The translations under genes and the position numbers were made by a program. Below, piece by piece: positions 36,199 to 43,787 of a stretch of 64,000 nucleotides of DNA. Origin of the DNA: Escherichia phage HermannAdler_Bas98; sequence record PQ850608.1; one strand, given 5' to 3'. The notes beneath the pieces were generated by a model. It did no database searches, was not told where the DNA came from, and saw nothing but the letters and a program-made list of their open reading frames with translations. Within the stretch, counting starts at the first letter, position 1; every line of letters begins with the position of its first letter.

Positions 36199-37074
36199 CT
36201 ATTTATTGAAATTAATATTATGGGTGTTAACAAGACGTTCACACATGGCGCTATAAACACCATCGTCGTGTATTGAGTCTTCGTGCTTCAGGCCGCTGAT
36301 TGCGAAGCGTGTAAGCTTGACAATCTTAAGCTCGAACAGATGCCACATGTGGTAGTCTTCCGGTGTCTTCAAAGTTACGCCATTAGGGAACAACACCTGC
36401 ATAACCTGACCTACCATCACAGCGTTATCGCCATAAACGGCATTGCGCTCACGGAAGGTCGCGGCCATCGCATCAAGAATATCAGCAGCGGTTGCTGGGG
36501 CTTGTTGTTCAACTTCAACAAGTTTAGTCTCTTCTTTCCCTGTTGCACTTGGATCAACTGCTAATTGTTGCACCACTTCACCTGCCTTGCAAAGATTAAA
36601 TGTAAAGGCGATTTTATTTTGCGCCATGGAATTATAGTGCAAAGCTTCTTCTTGCATCCGCGCGAGTACGTCTTGTCGGTCGTCGAATACATTGATGATT
36701 CGATAATCGCCGTGCCGCAAAGCGTGCGATAGCCATGCAGATTTCATAATAGTTGATGGACGTTTGTCGCCATAGTCTCTCATCTTGATTGTAAATTCAT
36801 CAAAAGGGAAAACATTGTCCAGACGTTCAAAAGTCACTTGTCTGTATTTTTCTGGCCTTGCAGTCCAATATTCAACCGCCTCACCGCGAAGAGATGCCGA
36901 CTCTACTGCTGATGCAATGTGAGGATAGAACTGATCATAACCAATACCGCTGTGATAGTCATCATAGTCTGACAACGGACCTGCCACCTTGATGCGGTCT
37001 AAGCGCCAACGGTCATCAAACAGCGTTCCGTCAAGGTCGAATACGTTTAAGATTTCGCTGTTTTTAATGCTCAT
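36199..37074 (-). CDS. HAD-family phosphatase fused to an all-alpha NTP-pyrophosphohydrolase-like domain
   Basis: N-terminal half has HAD motif I VFDLDGTLF and motif IV NVFDDRQDV. C-terminal half (FRERNAVYGDN ... KIVKLTRF ... HEDSIHDDGVYSAM) has the pattern of phage MazG-like/DUF1599-type domains. Confidence 0.55.
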   Translation of the reverse strand: MSIKNSEILNVFDLDGTLFDDRWRLDRIKVAGPLSDYDDYHSGIGYDQFYPHIASAVESASLRGEAVEYWTARPEKYRQVTFERLDNVFPFDEFTIKMRDYGDKRPSTIMKSAWLSHALRHGDYRIINVFDDRQDVLARMQEEALHYNSMAQNKIAFTFNLCKAGEVVQQLAVDPSATGKEETKLVEVEQQAPATAADILDAMAATFRERNAVYGDNAVMVGQVMQVLFPNGVTLKTPEDYHMWHLFELKIVKLTRFAISGLKHEDSIHDDGVYSAMCERLVNTHNINFNK

Positions 37075-37880
37075 CCTTTTGATACTCCATCTTTAGCAAC
37101 TGGATTGTTGGTGATTGGCATTGCACTCCAAAACTGGATGCGCAACTCTTCTTGCTGTGCCGTGGTATCCATCCAATCACGATACCAAGGGCAATGGGCT
37201 TTGCCATGACGAGGAAACGCGCATTTACCCATACCGATGCATTGCGGCTGTAATAGTGGATTTGCCCACGGGTGCACCTTGAGGACTTCCGCAACCATTG
37301 CGCGGAATACTTCTTGATACTCGCCTTGGGTGCGCGTGCACAAGCGGTTTGACGCCATCTGCTGCAGCGTGCGCAAGTTGAACTTTGCCATGATATGCGT
37401 TTGCATATTAGAAGGCAACACGGCACGTGCATCTTGAATCTCTGCGCCAGCCGCGCGAAGCTCTTGGTATAGAGCGTCAATCGTGGCCATCGCATCATCC
37501 CACTTCTCTGCCAATGAGTGATTTCTTATGTGCACATCATCAAATGCATTTTCATCATTGCAGTCAAAAGGGTGCTCGAATGCCTTCGGACGAATCGCAT
37601 CAAATGCAGACGACTCCTGAGCGCGGCTGGTGCGTTCTTGATATGCGCCTGTGCGTGTGCGTACCATCTGATGGGTCATGTTCTTTGATACAGCTGTGAT
37701 ATCAAAGATATAGTCCACAAAGTCAAAAGGAGACCTGATTGTATCAAGCATGTAGCGCCAGTGCTCTTGCTTCTCTGATTCTGTCATCTCAGAGACTGGC
37801 TTACCAGTCATGCGCGTGTTCTTTGTTTCCAGCAAAAGGTCAAGTGCATCTTGGGTGTATCGAATTAATTCAACTTTCAT
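37071..37880 (-). CDS. thyX: flavin-dependent thymidylate synthase-like protein (divergent ThyX)
   Basis: Alignable by eye to ThyX: QMVRTRTGAYQERTSRA against the canonical QWFRHRIASYNELSGRY, and ARAVLPSNMQTHIMAKFNLRTLQQMASNRL against [29 protein letters not shown]. Extra Cys/His-rich C-terminus. Confidence 0.7.
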   Translation of the reverse strand: MKVELIRYTQDALDLLLETKNTRMTGKPVSEMTESEKQEHWRYMLDTIRSPFDFVDYIFDITAVSKNMTHQMVRTRTGAYQERTSRAQESSAFDAIRPKAFEHPFDCNDENAFDDVHIRNHSLAEKWDDAMATIDALYQELRAAGAEIQDARAVLPSNMQTHIMAKFNLRTLQQMASNRLCTRTQGEYQEVFRAMVAEVLKVHPWANPLLQPQCIGMGKCAFPRHGKAHCPWYRDWMDTTAQQEELRIQFWSAMPITNNPVAKDGVSKG

Positions 37881-37893
37881 TTTAATTATCCTA

Positions 37894-38340
37894 TTAACGG
37901 TAATTCACTAGTTGCTGATCACCAGAGAAGGTGCAATGATAAACGAATTGTGCGTTATAAAGCAACTGAAAACTTTTCTTTGGTTCATTATTAGAACTCA
38001 TTGATGTAAAGATTTCTGCACCAGAACGGTTTTCACCAATCAGGTTAATAAAGTCGCCAGTTGAACGAGGCTGAACGAAAGTGAAACGCTGCATCCACGG
38101 AGTCCGGTTGGCACCTTTTCCGGTGAATCCCTGAATCTGAATATTCAGACCTTCTTGCTCGTTCACACCGATGTAAGTGGTAATTGTTGCGCCAGTCGTC
38201 GCTGCAGTCTTGCCGTCCATCGCTTCGCAATCGTAAACAGCGATTGAATCGGAAGTACGGACAGCGGCTTCAGTCGCTTCCATATACATGGTTCCGAGAA
38301 TAGCAGTTGCGGCAAGCGCGATTCCAGTGATGCGTTTCAT
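37894..38340 (-). CDS. secreted protein, function unknown
   Basis: Signal-peptide-like N-terminus MKRITGIALAATAILGTMYMEATEA. 148 aa. Confidence 0.5.
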   Translation of the reverse strand: MKRITGIALAATAILGTMYMEATEAAVRTSDSIAVYDCEAMDGKTAATTGATITTYIGVNEQEGLNIQIQGFTGKGANRTPWMQRFTFVQPRSTGDFINLIGENRSGAEIFTSMSSNNEPKKSFQLLYNAQFVYHCTFSGDQQLVNYR

Positions 38341-38358
38341 TTTCGTTTCCTCTATGAG

Positions 38359-38404
38359 TTCTGCTTCAATGATTAAAGTATACGCCCATTGAAGCAGAAA
38401 GCAA
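38359..38404 (-). promoter_or_regulatory. sigma70-type promoter with its -10 nested in a perfect 13-bp inverted repeat
   Basis: Minus strand: TTGCTT (38404-38399), 16-bp spacer, TATACT (38382-38377). The inverted repeat TTCTGCTTCAATG (38359-38371) and CATTGAAGCAGAA (38387-38399) brackets the -10. Confidence 0.55.
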
Positions 38405-38405
38405 A

Positions 38406-39401
38406 TTATTTATTAGCAATATAAGCAAATTTTTGATAGTTATTTGCTTTGATGAGTTTTTCAACTTCAGCAAGGTCATGAGCGACGTCATCAAGCAAAA
38501 TGTTTCGCCAAGTAGCGAATCGACCGACACTAAATACGTTCAAATCCATGGTCAGTTGCAGGAGTAGAGCGTGTCGCAAGTCTTTCGGAATGTCGACAAT
38601 CTTGCCATACTTCTGGTCGACCTTTTCAACTTCTTCGAGAGCGATGTCACTCCATGATAGGCCAAAGGCTGTCAATACTTCGTCAACTTCTGCACGCAAC
38701 TTAATGTCACGGTAACGAGTAATGCCGCCAGCGGCTTCAACTGCGGCTTCACTTACGCTAACCAAAGGAATTGTTTCGATGATCAGCGTGTCACCAGTGA
38801 TTGATGCGCGGTAAGTTCTGACGGAGTAGTCAGGGAAGTAAATTGTCTGATACAACTCACACTTACGTTTAATCTTAAAGCGGTAAACACGAATGTTTGC
38901 TTTATCAAATGAAAAATCAAGCTTTTGATCAATCCCAGCCAGCTTCATCATAACTGGCAGCGGCGACGTGTTGATGATTGGCGTCTCGCTATAGCCGCAA
39001 AGAGTATCAACAGGAGTATTAAAGAATATGCGGTCGCCCAGTTTGTCGACAAGCTGATCATAAAAGTCATCAGGCGCAATATAACGCGTTGCAGTTTTAA
39101 GCTTCATGATTGAACGGCTGCCAAACTGATTGGTGACCTTCATGGAATACATATTGGCAAGGTTGATTGGACAATGGTCGTGGTAGTAGTTGCCGCGAAA
39201 ATACACAGCCTTGTCAACTGTCACGGCCTTAAAAGGGATTCCGGTAATACGGCTTACTTCTTCGCCGCGAAAGCGTAGCAGTGCCTTGTGCTGTGGCGCT
39301 CGCTCCCCTGCTTCGTACACAATAGAGTTCGGGAAGTGACACGCGGTGATAAGTCCTGCCAAACCGCCGCCGATAATCATTACAGGTTGTTTCATGTTCA
39401 T
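38406..39401 (-). CDS. FAD/NAD(P)-binding oxidoreductase
   Basis: N-terminal Rossmann motif VMIIGGGLAGLITA. C-terminal VGRFATWRNILLDDV resembles the tail of UDP-galactopyranose mutase/amine-oxidase-type flavoproteins. Confidence 0.55.
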   Translation of the reverse strand: MNMKQPVMIIGGGLAGLITACHFPNSIVYEAGERAPQHKALLRFRGEEVSRITGIPFKAVTVDKAVYFRGNYYHDHCPINLANMYSMKVTNQFGSRSIMKLKTATRYIAPDDFYDQLVDKLGDRIFFNTPVDTLCGYSETPIINTSPLPVMMKLAGIDQKLDFSFDKANIRVYRFKIKRKCELYQTIYFPDYSVRTYRASITGDTLIIETIPLVSVSEAAVEAAGGITRYRDIKLRAEVDEVLTAFGLSWSDIALEEVEKVDQKYGKIVDIPKDLRHALLLQLTMDLNVFSVGRFATWRNILLDDVAHDLAEVEKLIKANNYQKFAYIANK

Positions 39402-39425
39402 TTGTCCTTTGTGGGTGATATGAGA

Positions 39426-39454
39426 AGTATAATAGCTAAATTATTTTACAGCAA
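39426..39454 (-). promoter_or_regulatory. sigma70-type promoter for the oxidoreductase operon
   Basis: Minus strand: TTGCTG, 17-bp spacer, TATACT. Confidence 0.55.
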
Positions 39455-39480
39455 CAAGTCATTTCTATTTAGTACAGACG

Positions 39481-39507
39481 AAAAAAGACCCACAACAAGT
39501 GTGGGTC
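39481..39507 (-). terminator. intrinsic terminator after the K/A/E-rich protein gene
   Basis: Minus strand: GACCCACA-cttgt-TGTGGGTC followed by TTTTTT. Confidence 0.75.
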
Positions 39508-39535
39508 AATTACCGCTATATAACCGTCCTACAGG

Positions 39536-40381
39536 TTATTCCGCTTGATCACCGTCTTCGGCATCGTCGTTGGATTCAACATCGACAAACTCGATGTGGC
39601 CCATCTCTTCCAGCTTGCTCAGGTAGGAGCGAACGGAAGCGCCAAACAGCTGATCTTTAACTTTCTCGCCCAGCTCATCGATAGACTGCGCCACGCCAAC
39701 TTCGCCTTCTTTGATCGCCGCCAGAACGCGCCCACGGGTGGAGTGCTCCTGCGGCTGGCTCAGGCCGTTGCCAGTGTAGATGAAGTGAGTAGCTTTTGCA
39801 CGGCGCTGACCGTTTGCCTTTTTGGCAGCCTTGCGCTCTGCGATGGCTTTGCGACGTTCTTCAGCTTCTTTCTTACGCTGTTCTTTTTGCTGTTCTGCAG
39901 CTTCTTTCGCCGCGATCTTAGCAGCTTCACGCTCTGCCTTGCGTTTCGCTTTCGCTTCTTCTTTAGCCTTCTCTTTTTCGGCCTTTGCTGCAGCACGGGC
40001 TTGATCACGCTCTGCTTTCTTAGCAGCAGCTTGTTCAGCTTTCAGGCGCTTGGCTTCTTCTTTGGCCTTTGCCTTTTCGATTTCTTTTGCTGCTTTAGCG
40101 GCTTCACGCTCTGCTTTCTTAGCAGCAGCCTTTTCTGCACGCTCTTTAGCTTTCTTAGCTGCTTCTTCAGCACGCTTCTGAGCCTTCTCATCAGCAGCCT
40201 GTTTGCGCTTCAGCGCGGCTTCTTCACGCTTGGCTTGTTTTTCCTGCTCACGCTTCTGGCGTTTTTCTTCGGCTTCTTTCTTTTTAGCCAGGCGTTTTTC
40301 TTCAGCCACGCGACGACGTTCTGCTGCGGCTGCTTGTTTTTCTTCTTTAGATAATACTTTGATTGCTTCGGCCATATTCAC
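39536..40381 (-). CDS. K/A/E/R-rich charged-helix protein with globular C-terminal domain and acidic tail
   Basis: About 190 aa of near-continuous KAAEK/EEAKR low-complexity sequence, then about 80 aa of ordinary sequence ending DDAEDGDQAE. Own promoter and terminator. Confidence 0.6.
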   Translation of the reverse strand: MNMAEAIKVLSKEEKQAAAAERRRVAEEKRLAKKKEAEEKRQKREQEKQAKREEAALKRKQAADEKAQKRAEEAAKKAKERAEKAAAKKAEREAAKAAKEIEKAKAKEEAKRLKAEQAAAKKAERDQARAAAKAEKEKAKEEAKAKRKAEREAAKIAAKEAAEQQKEQRKKEAEERRKAIAERKAAKKANGQRRAKATHFIYTGNGLSQPQEHSTRGRVLAAIKEGEVGVAQSIDELGEKVKDQLFGASVRSYLSKLEEMGHIEFVDVESNDDAEDGDQAE

Positions 40382-40534
40382 AGTCCTTAAATAAATTAGT
40401 TTATTTTATATTCCCCGTTTGGGATAACTTAATTATGCCTTCAGTCGCCGCCAGTAGCAACTAAAAACTATGGCGGCAATGCCACTTTAATTAAACTGAT
40501 TTTCAGTTTTATTTTTCGTAAATTTACGTCAACA

Positions 40535-41719
40535 TTAACGCGCTTTCAAATCACGGTACACGGTCAGATTCTTCTTAGCACGGGTGATAGCGGTGTACAT
40601 CATCTTGGAGTACGGAACGCCGCGCAGGATTTCTTCCAGCACGCACACATTGTCCCACTCGCTGCCTTGCGATTTGTGCACCGTGATGACATAGCCATAG
40701 TCCATGCCTCCAACAGCGCGTTGCGCTTCTTTGCGCACTTCCTGATCAGTAGAGAAGGAAAGAGGATTGATCTTCACCTTTATATCTTTACCATCAGTTA
40801 ATGAACGTAAGTTGACATACATTATTTCATTCGACTCATCTTCATCCCTTTCGAAGTCCGGCACTGGCTCATAGCTAATAACAATCCCTTGCTCGCCATT
40901 ACAGAATCCTGGCCCGTGTTGGTTGAAGGTGCAAATAACCTTCTCACCGATTCCTGGCATTGGCGTTATACGTCCGCTCACTTGCCGTAATAATGAATTC
41001 CATTTATCTTTTGTGCTATTATAGGAGCAAATAATTTGATCATCTTCGCCCATGAATTTCTTCAATGCAGTAACGCGCGGCGATTCTGCCAATACTTTGA
41101 CGTCATCGTATTCACGCGGAGGAAGGCGGTTGCCTTGGCGCACGAAGAAGGAGGCGCGGATTATATTGGACTCTTTCCCTTGCCGCATGATTTCTGTTAA
41201 CAGTACGTCAACGGCATCTTCAGTAAAGTAGGCGGCGGCTTTTACCGGAGGGACTTGTCCAATGTCGCCTAATGCCAGGACAGGGATGCGGTGATCAAGA
41301 AGGCGCTCTGTGTCCCACTCGCCAACCATCGACGCTTCATCGAGTACAACAAGATGCGGCCTTTCATCCAGCTTTGACTTTCTCGAAAAGATTGGCTCAT
41401 TGTCGTCATTTACGCCGCGCACGTTATAGATGAACTGGTGAAGGGTCTTAGCGCCACGACAGCCTTTTTGCTTTAATCGGCTTGCAGCCTTTCCGGTCGG
41501 CGCAATATAGATAGCTCCATACTCACCGACACAACGGCGCACAATCTCGCGAGCAATAGAGGTTTTACCAGTCCCTGCATAGCCAGCAATGAAAAACACG
41601 CGCTTCGTCGTTTTACCGTCCTGCAATCGCTTGTACCATGCAACGGCTTTCTCGATGGCGTCGATTTGTTGCGCGTTAAACTGAATCACTGGCTCATCAT
41701 TAAATTCTGGAATGTTCAT
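40535..41719 (-). CDS. RecD-like / SF1 DNA helicase
   Basis: Walker A GYAGTGKTS, Walker B VVLDEASMV, C-terminal ITVHKSQGSEWDNV. Confidence 0.8.
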   Translation of the reverse strand: MNIPEFNDEPVIQFNAQQIDAIEKAVAWYKRLQDGKTTKRVFFIAGYAGTGKTSIAREIVRRCVGEYGAIYIAPTGKAASRLKQKGCRGAKTLHQFIYNVRGVNDDNEPIFSRKSKLDERPHLVVLDEASMVGEWDTERLLDHRIPVLALGDIGQVPPVKAAAYFTEDAVDVLLTEIMRQGKESNIIRASFFVRQGNRLPPREYDDVKVLAESPRVTALKKFMGEDDQIICSYNSTKDKWNSLLRQVSGRITPMPGIGEKVICTFNQHGPGFCNGEQGIVISYEPVPDFERDEDESNEIMYVNLRSLTDGKDIKVKINPLSFSTDQEVRKEAQRAVGGMDYGYVITVHKSQGSEWDNVCVLEEILRGVPYSKMMYTAITRAKKNLTVYRDLKAR

Positions 41720-42045
41720 TATAACTCCACTACGCTGTCAAGGTCCAGATATACTGGAATAAAATGGCAATCTTCTTTTCGTTCAAACATCTCACCATCA
41801 ACATGGCTGAAGAAAACAGTTGTGTTTGGTATCTTCCATCCTTTCTCGTCGCGCACTAAGTACGCCATGGATTCAACAGGGATGTACAGCGATACCGGAT
41901 TTGCGGCAAAAATAAATTTGATTCTGTCTGGTTGACCCAGAAATCGCATGATTGTTAGGCTTGAATTCAATCTTGTATTAAGGAAGGACTCAACGATTCC
42001 GACGTGTGTTGCACGTTCGCGTTGCTTCGTCTCTTTTTCGTTCAT
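41719..42045 (-). CDS. hypothetical protein
   Basis: 108 aa. First gene of the leftward operon from promoter 42084-42112. 1-nt overlap with the helicase start. Confidence 0.5.
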   Translation of the reverse strand: MNEKETKQRERATHVGIVESFLNTRLNSSLTIMRFLGQPDRIKFIFAANPVSLYIPVESMAYLVRDEKGWKIPNTTVFFSHVDGEMFERKEDCHFIPVYLDLDSVVEL

Positions 42046-42083
42046 TTCAGGCGACCTTTGTTAGTGCGGAAATATTTTCTGAT

Positions 42084-42112
42084 AGTATAATTGCAGATAT
42101 AGTATAAAGCAA
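42084..42112 (-). promoter_or_regulatory. leftward promoter of a divergent pair
   Basis: Minus strand: TTGCTT, 17-bp spacer, TATACT. Confidence 0.55.
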
Positions 42113-42148
42113 AGTAAATCGAAATTGTGAACTAAATGGTAAATATTG

Positions 42149-42176
42149 TTGACTTTGTATCACTCAATATTATACT
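42149..42176 (+). promoter_or_regulatory. rightward promoter of a divergent pair
   Basis: TTGACT, 16-bp spacer, TATACT, about 30 nt before the primase start. Confidence 0.6.
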
Positions 42177-42205
42177 GCAGGTATTGATCACCGAAGGAAA
42201 GAAAG

Positions 42206-43288
42206 ATGGCTAGTTTAAGAGAAGAAGCAAAAATAATCGAAGAGTTTTTGACGGAACTCCAAAGAGGCATTCCAGAAGACGAACGCGTCATGACCGTGTT
42301 TGCGCCTGAAGCGACAGTGCAGACTGACGAGCGCGGCAAGAAGATCAACAGCAGCTTCTGGCCTAAGCCTTGGAAGTTGGGCAAGTCGCTCATGCAGCAC
42401 CAAAACGGCTATGCGTGCATCAGTTCAATGCGTAAGTCTCCCAACCCAAAGACGGGTGAGATGCGATACTGGCGTACAGAGTCGGCCTTTGGTCACGGCA
42501 TGGCGATGATGGTCGACGACATCGGTCACGGTAAAGGGTCCAAAGGCGATTTAGATTTGGAATTCTTTTTTGAGCGACTGAAGCCGACTGTCATCGTCGA
42601 GACTTCACCGAACAACCACCAGCTTTGGTACTTCTTTAAAGAACCGATTGACCATCTTATTCAGTTCAAAGCGTTCCTTGGGTCTTTCGTTAACATGGTA
42701 CTCAAGAAGGGCGGCGACAACACGATTAAAGACGTAACGCGCGTGGGCCGTGTTCCTGGGTGCATCAACAACAAGCGTGTGACTCACGACGGCCCCTATA
42801 AATATGTCGATGAGAACGGCGACCCGTTCCGCTGCCGACTTGTCCATGCAGACTACTCATTGCGCTACACCATCGAAGACATTTGTCAGGCATTTGGCTT
42901 TCACGTCGTCATGCCGCAAAAGCGTGAGATTCAAATTGACGTCGATGAATACAAGTATGATGCTGTTTGGTATAAAATAGCCCAGCAGATTCTATCGCGC
43001 AACAAAATGGGTGAAGGGTCTGATGGCGACGTCATCGAGAACATGTCAGGCAAGTGCCGCATAATCTGTCCTTGGGGTGAAGAACACACCAACGGCGACC
43101 CGTATGGCGCTTACTTTCGCGGCCCTATTCCTGGTGCAGAACATGAGTTTGTGTTCGGTTGCGCCCACGACTGTCACCGGAAAGGGGAAGGCAAGAAAGG
43201 TTGGACTGCTTTTGTTGAAGCAATCGTCATGCCTTATATTGAGAATCAACTTGACATGATAAATCGTCGTGCAGGTGGCATAAAATAG
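42206..43288 (+). CDS. RepB'-like / archaeo-eukaryotic-type primase with C-terminal Cys/His cluster
   Basis: MMVDDIGHG and IVETSPNNHQLWYFF resemble the catalytic DxD and ETSPGN motifs of RSF1010 RepB'-type primases. C-terminus has CPWGEEH ... CAHDCH. Confidence 0.5.
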   Translation: MASLREEAKIIEEFLTELQRGIPEDERVMTVFAPEATVQTDERGKKINSSFWPKPWKLGKSLMQHQNGYACISSMRKSPNPKTGEMRYWRTESAFGHGMAMMVDDIGHGKGSKGDLDLEFFFERLKPTVIVETSPNNHQLWYFFKEPIDHLIQFKAFLGSFVNMVLKKGGDNTIKDVTRVGRVPGCINNKRVTHDGPYKYVDENGDPFRCRLVHADYSLRYTIEDICQAFGFHVVMPQKREIQIDVDEYKYDAVWYKIAQQILSRNKMGEGSDGDVIENMSGKCRIICPWGEEHTNGDPYGAYFRGPIPGAEHEFVFGCAHDCHRKGEGKKGWTAFVEAIVMPYIENQLDMINRRAGGIK

Positions 43289-43289
43289 T

Positions 43290-43317
43290 TTGCTTTTATT
43301 TTCATAGCAACTATAAT
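43290..43317 (+). promoter_or_regulatory. sigma70-type promoter
   Basis: TTGCTT, 16-bp spacer, TATAAT. Confidence 0.5.
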
Positions 43318-43346
43318 CATTTTATGAACTGAAGCAGAGGTGATTC

Positions 43347-43493
43347 ATGCAAAGCGAAGAATTGAACATCGAGGTTGAATGTCTGTTAAAGTCGTTAGAA
43401 CCTAAACCAGCAGAGCTTCCGACCCTTCAAGGAGTCATGGCTCACCATCAAGCGGCTGCGGCCCAACACTACTCTGAATTTGTTAAGGAATAA
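43347..43493 (+). CDS. small hypothetical protein (48 aa)
   Basis: Read by hand. AGAGGTG SD 5 nt upstream. Downstream of promoter 43290-43317. Confidence 0.35.
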   Translation: MQSEELNIEVECLLKSLEPKPAELPTLQGVMAHHQAAAAQHYSEFVKE

Positions 43494-43495
43494 AA

Positions 43496-43786
43496 ATGAA
43501 CGAACCAAAAATGATGACCGTTGAAGAAGCACAAAATCTTCGTGTTGAAAACGAGCTTAAGCTTGTCAACCAGATTCTTCCCTTGTTTGCAGGCTACGCA
43601 GTGGAGGAAGTTGTTGGTGCAATCCTTAACGTATCCACGCATGTCGCTATGAATCTTCAGGCCGAACGATTCAACACGCTGCTGACTATTAAAAACCTTA
43701 CGGTCAGTGCAACGTTCACCGTTGAGCCAGTCAATTTTGACGAAGCTTCAGCCGCGATTCAACAGCAAAGAGATCAAGAGGTGTAG
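43496..43786 (+). CDS. hypothetical protein
   Basis: 96-aa ORF, tightly packed with its neighbours. Confidence 0.5.
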   Translation: MNEPKMMTVEEAQNLRVENELKLVNQILPLFAGYAVEEVVGAILNVSTHVAMNLQAERFNTLLTIKNLTVSATFTVEPVNFDEASAAIQQQRDQEV

Positions 43787-43787
43787 C

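Noticed and set aside
37064-37498. 144-aa minus-strand ORF overlapping the ThyX-like gene in another frame
   Set aside because: It is Arg/Cys/Trp-rich, lies wholly inside a gene with clear family motifs, and has no independent start signals.
39545-40354. 269-aa + strand ORF (F/L/S/C-rich) opposite the K/A/E-rich gene
   Set aside because: It is the antisense shadow of a low-complexity GC-skewed repeat. Its composition is implausible, it has no RBS, and the minus-strand frame has clear promoter, RBS and terminator context.
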